Source: an uncultured Marinobacter sp.
GTDB lineage: Bacteria > Pseudomonadota > Gammaproteobacteria > Pseudomonadales > Oleiphilaceae
NCBI GenBank assembly: GCA_964530545.1
Contig: CAZHAY010000012.1
Span: 1-38,468 of the forward strand
Direction: 5' to 3'
DNA: 38,468 bases
Shown piece by piece: positions 21,603 through 29,690 of this stretch (positions are counted from its first letter, which is position 1; every line of letters starts with the position of its first letter). The translations under genes were made by a program, and so were the position numbers. The notes below the pieces were generated by a model. The model was given only the letters and a program-made list of their open reading frames with translations, searched no databases and had not been told where the DNA came from.

Positions 21603-22529
21603 ATGTGGTTTCGTAATGCCCGAGTTTTCCGTTTCACCAAACCGTTCAACATCACCGCCGAAGAACTTGAAGAAAAGCTGACCGCAGAGGCGTTCAAGCC
21701 CTGCGGACCACAGGAAACGTCCCGGCACGGTTGGGTGCCTCCCCTCGGAAAGCACGGCGAACTGCTGGTGCACAGCGCCGGCGGCTACCACCTGGTGGCC
21801 CTGCGTAAGGAAGAAAAGGTAGTGCCAGCGCCGGTGGTCAAGGAAATGGTCGAGGAAAAAGCCGAGGCCATTGAGCTGGAGCAGGGTCGGAAAGTTCGCA
21901 AGAAGGAAAAGGACGAGCTCAAGGAAGACATCATGCTGGAGCTGCTGCCCCGGGCGTTTTCCCGCAATCGTCGCACCTATGCCTACCTGTCACCGGCGGA
22001 TGGTGTACTGGTGGTTGACGCAGGCTCTGCCAAGCAGGCCGAAGATATCGCATCCGCCCTTCGCCAGAGCCTGGGCTCGCTACCGGTTCGCCCGCCAGTG
22101 CTGGAACAGGCCCCAGCGTTTACCTTTACTGGCTGGCTTAACGAATCCCTGGACCTGCCCGCATCCATAGAACTGGGCACGGAATGCGAACTGAAGGATC
22201 CGTCCGAGGATGGCGGTGTGGTCCGCTGCAAGGGGCTGGACCTGAAATGCGAAGAAATCCAGAACCATCTGGCGGCGGGTATGCAGGTCACCAAACTGTC
22301 CCTGACCTGGGACGATAACGTGTCCTTTGTACTGGATGAAGAGTTCGGTATCCGCCGGCTGAAATTCGGCGAGACCCTTCAGGAAAAACTGGACGATGTG
22401 GATTCGGACGATGCGGCTGCGAAGTTTGATGCCGCGTTCTCCCTGATGACCCTGGAGCTGTCCCGGCTGATCCCGGGCATGCTGGACGCAATGGGAGGCG
22501 AGGACCGCTCGGCGATCGTTTCGGAATAG
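21603..22529 (+). CDS. rdgC: Recombination-associated protein RdgC
   Basis: MWFRNA, GWVPP, RKEEK, LLPRAF, SLGSLPV. Confidence 0.96.
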   Translation: MWFRNARVFRFTKPFNITAEELEEKLTAEAFKPCGPQETSRHGWVPPLGKHGELLVHSAGGYHLVALRKEEKVVPAPVVKEMVEEKAEAIELEQGRKVRKKEKDELKEDIMLELLPRAFSRNRRTYAYLSPADGVLVVDAGSAKQAEDIASALRQSLGSLPVRPPVLEQAPAFTFTGWLNESLDLPASIELGTECELKDPSEDGGVVRCKGLDLKCEEIQNHLAAGMQVTKLSLTWDDNVSFVLDEEFGIRRLKFGETLQEKLDDVDSDDAAAKFDAAFSLMTLELSRLIPGMLDAMGGEDRSAIVSE

Positions 22530-22543
22530 AGAGTACTGATCCT

Positions 22544-22568
22544 GGCGCCCAGGCAGAAGCCGGGCGCC
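22544..22568. terminator. GC-rich hairpin between convergent rdgC and pat
   Basis: GGCGCCC-A-GGC/GCC-GGGCGCC with AGAA loop. It has no U tract, so a terminator role is uncertain. Confidence 0.4.
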
Positions 22569-22580
22569 GTGCGGATTGTC

Positions 22581-25325
22581 TTAATGATGGGCTTTTGCCA
22601 GCCGCTCCCGCTGCCAGTCGTTCTCCGGCTCGTTAAGCACCAGGCGCAGGTCCATCACCTCTTCTTCCCGGTTGTAGTGGATATTGAAGCCCAGATGCTC
22701 CGCCAGTTGCAGCATGGGACGATTTTCCGGCAACACGTTACCGACCATCTCCATAGTGCCCCGGCTGCGACAGTAGTCGATCATCTTCTGCATCAGGGCG
22801 ATGCCCAGGCCCTCGCCCTTCATCTTGTCGTGCACCATTACCGCAAACTCGCAACGCAGATTGTCTGCGTCAGTCCAGACCCGCACGGTGCCGAGAGTTT
22901 CCTCCCCTTCCCCGTCTTCCCGGGGTGCGTTCGCGATAAAGACCATTTCCCGGTCGTAGTCGATCTGGACCATCTGGGCCACGTCTTCCCGGGAGAAGTG
23001 CTTGCGGAACTGGAAGAACCGGTAGCGGATGGATTCTGGTGACTGGTGCTCATGAAAGGCCCGGTGAGACGGTTCGTCCTCTGCGAGCACCGGCCGGATA
23101 ATCACCCGCCGACCGGATTTTGGCAACACAATCCATTCTTCCTGCTCCCGCGGATAGGGCTGGATGATGGGCTTGCCGGGCTCATCTGCCAGGTCGATGG
23201 CAACATCCACCGCCAGCACCCGCTCGTTGTCGAACATCAACGGAGAAATTTCCAGCCCGCGGATCTCCGGCTGATCAATGACGATCTGCGACAGCGTTAT
23301 CAGTACCTCGCAGACAGCCCGGGTGTCCCGCTCCGGGTTGGAGCTGAACTCCTTGAGCAGCCGGTACATATAGGTGCGCCGCAAGAGTTCCCGGGCCAGC
23401 ACCATATTCAGCGGTGGCAACGCGATCTGACGATCGGTCAGCACGTTGATCTGGGCACCGGCGGCACCACAGACGACCAGCGGACCGAACAGCGGATCGC
23501 GGGTAATGCCCACACTGAAGGCAATGCCATCCAGGTGTTTGTAGGACCGCTGGACCGCAAACCCGAGAAAGCCGCTCTCCGGGAAGTATTCCTGGTAGCC
23601 CTCCATCAGCTGCCGGCACGCATCGATGATATCGTCCTCGTTGGCCAGCCCCCGAACGGTTGAACGATAGCGCCCGTGGCCGGACTGGTATTCCAGAAAG
23701 GGGTGACAGGCTTTCTGATGCATCAGCGCCACGTCCACCGGGCGGCGCTCTACCGAAAAGGCTTCCAGCACTTCTTCCACGTCATCGCAGTAAACCGTGG
23801 GCACAGTGTTGATCTGATAGTCGTTAAGGATCTTCCGGGCCTCACTGTTGGTGAGGTGGTTACGCCCCACCCTTTTAACGTTGGCAATGATGCGCCGGGT
23901 GTGGGAGTGATCGGCGAAGTGATCGGTAAAGGACTCCGGAGTCTCCCCCAGCAGGCGCTGGACCCGCTGATGGTTCACGTGCTGCATAAACGCCATCACG
24001 GCTTTTTCCGGCGAGAAGAACGACGGTACGCCGGCGCGGTAAAACTCATCCCGGGCCTCCATTACCGTACTCTGGCCGAGCCAGCAGGTGAACACGTTCA
24101 GGCGTGAGCCTCTGACCGCCTTCACCACGGCATCCGCCACCTGCAGACTGTCTTCCGTCAGGCTGGGGGAATAGATGATCAGTACGTTGGAAATTTCCGG
24201 ATCTTTCGACAGAATGCGAATGGCCTGGGCGTAAAGTTCCGGCGAGGCATCGTAGTTCAGGTCGATGGGGTTCTTGCGGGTCCAGTAGGGTGGCAGAATT
24301 TCGGCCAGGGCTTCCACGGACTGGGGCGACAGTGTCGCCAACTCGCCACCCAGGGTCGCCAGCCGGTCAACCGCCAGCACTCCCGGGCCTACCCCGTTGC
24401 CCATGATAGCGATGGATTCCCGCTTCAGCGGGCGCATACGACTGAGGGTTTCAAGCGCATCAAACATCTGGCCCAGGCCATCGACCCGCAGAACACCGGC
24501 CCGCTGGAGCATGGCATCGTAGATGGGGTCGCTGCGGGTAAGGCCGGCGGGAAGCTCGTAGGGCAGCCATTCGGAATCTGGTACGCGGCCACTTTTGACG
24601 GCAATCACCGGCTTGGTGCGGGCGGCCACCCGTACCGCTGACATAAAGCGACGTGGATTCGGGACGTTTTCAATATGCAGCAGGATGGCGCGGGTTTGTG
24701 AGTCCTGGGCCAGGTAATCGATCAGGTCATCGTGATCGATGTCCATGGAATCACCGAGGGTCAGAAAATAGGAGAACCCCACCCCCCGGGCAAATGCCCA
24801 GTCGATCACACCACTGGCCACACTACCGGACTGGCCTACGAAAGCCACTTTGCCCGGCAGCGCGCCGATATGGGCATAGGTTGCGTTCAGGCTTCGGCCC
24901 GGTACCATCACACCGATGGTGTTCGGCCCCAGTACCCGGATGCCCGTGGTCCGCGCGGCTTCCCCTACCGAATACATCAGCGGCTGGCCGGTTTTGGAGT
25001 GGGCCCGGGACATGCCGCCGGTCATGACCATGGCCGTGCGTACCCCGGCCCGGCCCAGCCGCCGGACCACCTTTGGCACGGTGTCTGGCGGTGTACACAC
25101 GATGGCCAGTTCCGGGCTGAAATCCATCTGCGAAATTTCGGAAACACAGGGAACGCCATGGACCGATTCGTAGGAATTCTGGTTAATCACCAGCATCCGC
25201 CCCGGATAGCCACCACCCAACAGGTTCCGTAAAACCATACCCCCGAGGCTGTCGGCACGCTCCGAGGCACCTACTACCGCAATGGACGAGGGGTTAAACA
25301 GGCTCTCCAGATATCGCGTGCCCAA
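22581..25325 (-). CDS. pat: Pat/PatZ-type protein lysine acetyltransferase (acyl-CoA synthetase-like domain plus C-terminal GNAT)
   Basis: 914 aa; PSSIAVVGAS, GPNTIG, QSG, NPIDL; no SHTG phospho-His motif after KSGR; GNAT with CEFAVMV...KGEGLG. TTG start after AAGGAG. Confidence 0.88.
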   Translation of the reverse strand: MGTRYLESLFNPSSIAVVGASERADSLGGMVLRNLLGGGYPGRMLVINQNSYESVHGVPCVSEISQMDFSPELAIVCTPPDTVPKVVRRLGRAGVRTAMVMTGGMSRAHSKTGQPLMYSVGEAARTTGIRVLGPNTIGVMVPGRSLNATYAHIGALPGKVAFVGQSGSVASGVIDWAFARGVGFSYFLTLGDSMDIDHDDLIDYLAQDSQTRAILLHIENVPNPRRFMSAVRVAARTKPVIAVKSGRVPDSEWLPYELPAGLTRSDPIYDAMLQRAGVLRVDGLGQMFDALETLSRMRPLKRESIAIMGNGVGPGVLAVDRLATLGGELATLSPQSVEALAEILPPYWTRKNPIDLNYDASPELYAQAIRILSKDPEISNVLIIYSPSLTEDSLQVADAVVKAVRGSRLNVFTCWLGQSTVMEARDEFYRAGVPSFFSPEKAVMAFMQHVNHQRVQRLLGETPESFTDHFADHSHTRRIIANVKRVGRNHLTNSEARKILNDYQINTVPTVYCDDVEEVLEAFSVERRPVDVALMHQKACHPFLEYQSGHGRYRSTVRGLANEDDIIDACRQLMEGYQEYFPESGFLGFAVQRSYKHLDGIAFSVGITRDPLFGPLVVCGAAGAQINVLTDRQIALPPLNMVLARELLRRTYMYRLLKEFSSNPERDTRAVCEVLITLSQIVIDQPEIRGLEISPLMFDNERVLAVDVAIDLADEPGKPIIQPYPREQEEWIVLPKSGRRVIIRPVLAEDEPSHRAFHEHQSPESIRYRFFQFRKHFSREDVAQMVQIDYDREMVFIANAPREDGEGEETLGTVRVWTDADNLRCEFAVMVHDKMKGEGLGIALMQKMIDYCRSRGTMEMVGNVLPENRPMLQLAEHLGFNIHYNREEEVMDLRLVLNEPENDWQRERLAKAHH

Positions 25326-25511
25326 AATGCCGTCTCCTTATCACATGGACCTAATGCTCGGGTTGCTTCTATCTTAGGCGTTGCATGGTTTAAGTAAAAC
25401 GAATTCCTCGCCAGGCACGGCAAGACCAAAGAAGCACAGCGAAATGACCGGATCCCTGTTACCATTACGTCACACATTTACCCCCAGGTTTGTCAGGACT
25501 ATAACAACACC

Positions 25512-26441
25512 ATGACAACTGCGTTTTTCTCCCATGATGACTGCGCCAAACACGATATGGGCGCGGATCATCCCGAGTCGCCGGAGCGCCTGAGCCGGAT
25601 CATCAGCTACATCAAAGATACGGACCTGGCGGACCAGCTGGACTGGGTACGCCCGGAAGAGGCCACCCGCGACCAGCTTCTGTTAGTGCATCCGGAAAAA
25701 TATCTGCATCAGCTGGACCTGATGCAGCCTGCCAAGGGCCGGGTCTTCACCGATCCGGACACTGCCCTGATGCAGCATACCCTGCGGGCGGCCCGGCTGG
25801 CGGCCGGGGCGAATATCCAGGCGGTGGATATGGTACTCAGCGGGCAAGTGACCAACGCCTTTGTCTGCGCCCGGCCGCCGGGACACCACGCGGAACGGGC
25901 GAAGTCCATGGGCTTCTGCTTCTACAACAACGTCGCGCTGGCGGCTATGCGGGCCCTTACGTTCCATCATCTGGAGCGGGTTGCCATCGTTGATTTCGAT
26001 GTGCATCAGGGCAACGGAACCGTGGATATCGTGCAGGGGGATGAGCGCATTCTGATGTGCTCCAGCTTTCAGCACCCGTTCTATCCTCACTCCCATGTCT
26101 ATCGTATGCCGGAGAATATCGTGAACGTGCCGGTACCGGGCGGTTGTCAGGGTCCGGAATACCGCAAACTGGTGGAAGCAGGCTGGCGCGAGCGCCTGGA
26201 GGCATTCAGGCCACAACTGATTCTCATCTCAGCGGGGTTTGATGGTCACCGTCTGGACCCCATGGCCGAGATGAATCTGGAAACGGAAGACTACCGTTGG
26301 CTTACCAAACTGCTGACAGACATCGCCGCCGAGCATACCAGCAGCCGCATCGTTTCGACCCTGGAAGGCGGCTATCACTTGCGGGCGCTTGCTGAGAGTG
26401 TGGCTGCCCACGTGGGCGAACTGGTCCGCGCCGGCCGCTAG
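25512..26441 (+). CDS. Zn-dependent histone deacetylase-family protein
   Basis: HPESPER, RPPGHHA, GFC, DFDVHQGNGT, SAGFD, LEGGY. Confidence 0.93.
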   Translation: MTTAFFSHDDCAKHDMGADHPESPERLSRIISYIKDTDLADQLDWVRPEEATRDQLLLVHPEKYLHQLDLMQPAKGRVFTDPDTALMQHTLRAARLAAGANIQAVDMVLSGQVTNAFVCARPPGHHAERAKSMGFCFYNNVALAAMRALTFHHLERVAIVDFDVHQGNGTVDIVQGDERILMCSSFQHPFYPHSHVYRMPENIVNVPVPGGCQGPEYRKLVEAGWRERLEAFRPQLILISAGFDGHRLDPMAEMNLETEDYRWLTKLLTDIAAEHTSSRIVSTLEGGYHLRALAESVAAHVGELVRAGR

Positions 26442-27397
26442 CCTTTGTCGGCACGGGCTCCCCGGTCTGCCTGGCGCAGGTCCCCATACTCCCCCTGGCG
26501 CTCCAGACGAATGGTGCTACGGCGGTTCTCCGCGTGACTGCGGGACGCCGGAAATTCATCCGCGTGGGACCGGACAACGATCATCGTCTCCGGCACACCG
26601 GACTGGATCAGATAATCCGCGACCGCCTGCGCCCGTTCTTCCGACAACACCCGGTTACGGATACGACTGCCGCTGCTATCGGAATGACCATCCACCAGCA
26701 GTCGCTCAACGGTCTGGTCTGCAGCGACATAGATGGCAATCTTGTCCAGCAGCTGGCGATCCTGATCCGACAGACTGCTGCTGCCCGGCGCAAAGGGCAC
26801 CCGGGAACGGTGAATCTGATCAAAGTTTACCGGTAGCAGACCGCTGACACAGCGCCGGTATCCGTCAAACTGGTTGCTGAAATTGATATTGGACAGTCGC
26901 ACCCGAACCGGCTCGCTCTGATAGCGGGACTGCCGGGTGATGGTCGGGGCCATGCCCGACAGCAGGCCATCCACCATCGCCACGGCCTCCCGATGTCCGG
27001 CTTCAACCGGTTTGCGGCTGTCACTCACCGTCACATAGCCCACCTGCCGCGTGGCCTCCCCGGGGCGCCAGGTCGGCGCCTCTACCACCAACAGTCCCTG
27101 CCCTGGCTTCATCAGTGGCAGGTCAGATTCCAGGTAGAATCCCAGTTGTTCACCCGCCCGATGGAGAAAAACGGCACGGCCATAACCCGGCACTTCATGG
27201 CTCAGTGCGCAACTGAAAATGGATTCCGTGAGATACCAGTGACTGTTCTCAAGGCCCGCGCCAAAGCTGCGCGCGAGAACAGGCGCGCTCCACAGCAGAC
27301 TGCCGACCAGCACCAGCATGGTGAACATTACGTACCACTGTCCGCCTGCTGCCGTGTGTTGAGGCGAGTCTGCCTGGTGTTGTCTAGTCATAGCCAT
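26438..27397 (-). CDS. motY: Flagellar protein MotY (MotY_N plus OmpA-like domain)
   Basis: Signal peptide, C..H.VPGYGRAVF, Cys pair, OmpA domain (DGHSD, LSEERA, ENRR); sigma28 promoter; divergent from pyrC. The exact start codon is uncertain. Confidence 0.88.
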   Translation of the reverse strand: MAMTRQHQADSPQHTAAGGQWYVMFTMLVLVGSLLWSAPVLARSFGAGLENSHWYLTESIFSCALSHEVPGYGRAVFLHRAGEQLGFYLESDLPLMKPGQGLLVVEAPTWRPGEATRQVGYVTVSDSRKPVEAGHREAVAMVDGLLSGMAPTITRQSRYQSEPVRVRLSNINFSNQFDGYRRCVSGLLPVNFDQIHRSRVPFAPGSSSLSDQDRQLLDKIAIYVAADQTVERLLVDGHSDSSGSRIRNRVLSEERAQAVADYLIQSGVPETMIVVRSHADEFPASRSHAENRRSTIRLERQGEYGDLRQADRGARADKG

Positions 27398-27429
27398 TCC
27401 CGGATTCCGATCAATAGGTACCTGATTGC

Positions 27430-27456
27430 TTGTCGGCCGGCAGTGCGGATTCTTTA
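27430..27456 (-). promoter_or_regulatory. Sigma28 (FliA) promoter of motY
   Basis: Minus strand TAAA-N15-GCCGACAA versus consensus TAAA-N15-GCCGATAA. Confidence 0.85.
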
Positions 27457-27466
27457 GCCGGGAGTC

Positions 27467-27475
27467 TGGTATACT
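27467..27475 (+). promoter_or_regulatory. Extended -10 element for pyrC
   Basis: TG-G-TATACT followed by GC-rich CGCGGCG, about 35 nt before the ATG. Confidence 0.55.
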
Positions 27476-27509
27476 CGCGGCGTTTTAATGTGCCAGGAGT
27501 AGCGCCGCC

Positions 27510-28544
27510 ATGACCGACCAGATAACCCTTACCCGCCCTGACGACTGGCACCTTCACGTGCGCGATGGCGATGTTCTGGCTGACGTGGTTCCTGCTACGG
27601 CCCGGCGCTTTGGTCGCGCGGTTATCATGCCCAACCTGGTGCCGCCGATAACCACTGCGCGCCAGGCTGCGGAGTACCGGGAACGTATTCTCGCTGCCCG
27701 GGGGGAACACACCGGCTTTCAGCCGTTGATGACCCTGTACCTGACCGGAACCACGACGCCGGACGACATCCGGGCTGCGTCCCAGTCGGGCATTACCGCG
27801 GCAAAGCTCTATCCTGCAGGCGCAACCACCAACTCGGCGTCTGGCGTACGGGACGTTCAGGAAATCGATGAGGTGCTGGCTGCCATGGCCGACTGCGGCA
27901 TGCTGCTGCTGGTCCATGGTGAGGTGACCCACGATGAGGTGGATATCTTCGACCGGGAGAAGCAGTTTATCGATCAGGTGCTGGCACCGGTCATGGAGCG
28001 GCACCCCAGACTTCGGGTTGTGCTGGAACACATCACCACCCGGGAAGCCGCCGACTTTGTGAGGGGCCATGAAACTGGCCGGCTGGCGGCGACCATCACC
28101 CCCCAGCACCTGATGTATAACCGCAATCACCTGCTGGTGGGTGGCGTTCGCCCTCACCTGTACTGTCTGCCGGTACTCAAGCGAAATGTGCACCAGCAGG
28201 CATTACAGGACGTGGTAGTGAGCGGCGATCGTCGCTTCTTCCTGGGTACCGACTCGGCACCTCATGCCCGGGACCGCAAGGAAACCGCCTGCGGTTGCGC
28301 GGGCTGTTATTCCGCCTTTGGCGCCATCGAGCTGTATGCCGAGATCTTCGAAGACCTGGGTGTACTGGACAAGCTGGAAGCCTTTGCCAGCTTTAATGGC
28401 GCGGACTTCTACGGTCTGCCCCGCAACAGCGATACCATTACGCTGATTCGGGAGCCCTGGACGGTGCCGGAATCGCTACCGCTGGCTGATGGCACCATTG
28501 TTCCGCTGAAAGCCGGTGAAACCCTGCGTTGGCGCCTGGCCTGA
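27510..28544 (+). CDS. pyrC: Dihydroorotase
   Basis: [36 protein letters not shown]. Confidence 0.98.
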   Translation: MTDQITLTRPDDWHLHVRDGDVLADVVPATARRFGRAVIMPNLVPPITTARQAAEYRERILAARGEHTGFQPLMTLYLTGTTTPDDIRAASQSGITAAKLYPAGATTNSASGVRDVQEIDEVLAAMADCGMLLLVHGEVTHDEVDIFDREKQFIDQVLAPVMERHPRLRVVLEHITTREAADFVRGHETGRLAATITPQHLMYNRNHLLVGGVRPHLYCLPVLKRNVHQQALQDVVVSGDRRFFLGTDSAPHARDRKETACGCAGCYSAFGAIELYAEIFEDLGVLDKLEAFASFNGADFYGLPRNSDTITLIREPWTVPESLPLADGTIVPLKAGETLRWRLA

Positions 28545-28576
28545 ACCCCTCTACCCATTTCTGACCAGGAGAAACT

Positions 28577-29251
28577 GTGACTGAAGAGACCAGCACGCCC
28601 CATCCCATGGCCCGTCGGTTCCGGGGCTTTCTACCGGTTGTGGTGGACGTGGAAACCGGCGGTTTTAATTCCCGCACCGACGCCCTGCTGGAAATCGCCG
28701 CCGTCCTGATCACCATGGACGACGAAGGCTGGCTGCACCGGGGCGAAACTATCAGCCGTAATGTGCATCCGTTTGACGGCGCCAATCTGGAGAAGGCCGC
28801 GCTGGACTTCACCGGTATCGACCCCTGGGCAGAAGACCGCAACGCCATCAATGAAAAAGACGCCCTGCGTGAGGTCTTTCTTCCCATACGCAAGGCCGTC
28901 AAGGAATTCGGCTGCAAGCGGGCGGTACTGGTTGGCCACAACGCCACCTTTGATCACAACTTCGTTTTCGCCGCCGCCGAGCGGGCCGACGTAAAACGCA
29001 ATCCGTTCCATCCGTTTTCTACCTTCGACACAGCCACCCTGGCGGGATTGGCCTATGGCCATACGGTTCTGGCCGAAGCCTGCAAACGGGCCGGGCTGGA
29101 GTTCAGCAATCGGGAAGCCCACTCGGCTGCCTACGACGCAGAAAAAACCGCCGACCTGTTCTGCAGTATCGTCAATCGCTGGAAAGCGCTTGGTGGGCTG
29201 CTGCTGCCGGAAACACCCGACGTAACCACCACAGATACCGCCGACGCGTGA
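28577..29251 (+). CDS. rnt: Ribonuclease T
   Basis: [36 protein letters not shown]; GTG start after AGGAG. Confidence 0.97.
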   Translation: MTEETSTPHPMARRFRGFLPVVVDVETGGFNSRTDALLEIAAVLITMDDEGWLHRGETISRNVHPFDGANLEKAALDFTGIDPWAEDRNAINEKDALREVFLPIRKAVKEFGCKRAVLVGHNATFDHNFVFAAAERADVKRNPFHPFSTFDTATLAGLAYGHTVLAEACKRAGLEFSNREAHSAAYDAEKTADLFCSIVNRWKALGGLLLPETPDVTTTDTADA

Positions 29252-29347
29252 TCAGCGTGACGGCGGGTCAGCAACACATCTGCGGGAACAAGGTGCCATA
29301 CTTCCGGTCCATAACCCCTGACAATTATTCAGCCAGGAGAAGCACGA

Positions 29348-29644
29348 ATGTCCACCCAGGACAACACTGATCGTTACATCTCAATCGCCCGTGCCTGCCT
29401 GAGGGCCATCAACGATACCGCCACCGGCCCGAGCTCCCGGGAGGAGAAAATTCAGGCGGTTTACCAGGCCATTGACGATGCCTTCCAGGCGGAGTTCGCC
29501 GAACAGCGCCAGGCGATGGCCGTGATGGCCTCGGTGCTTGAGCGCATCGCCACCGGTAAGCTCAGCGCCGATGAGGCCATGACCCTCGCCAGAATCACGC
29601 TGGACCAGCACCCGACGGCCACCAGCACGGGCCAGATGCACTGA
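29348..29644 (+). CDS. Small hypothetical helical protein
   Basis: 98 aa; AGGAG RBS; fills the rnt-peptidase gap with host-like codons; no family recognised. Confidence 0.75.
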   Translation: MSTQDNTDRYISIARACLRAINDTATGPSSREEKIQAVYQAIDDAFQAEFAEQRQAMAVMASVLERIATGKLSADEAMTLARITLDQHPTATSTGQMH

Positions 29645-29690
29645 CCGGCCAGACCGAATATCCCATTCGTTACAGTAAAGGAACCGCTGC

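Noticed and set aside
22581-25325. ADP-forming acetate--CoA ligase activity for the 914-aa protein
   Set aside because: The phospho-His motif is missing and a C-terminal GNAT is present, which fits the Pat type.
25457-25474. CRP-like site in the pat/deacetylase spacer
   Set aside because: Only one good half-site (TCACA); the TGTTA partner is spaced 8 nt away rather than 6.
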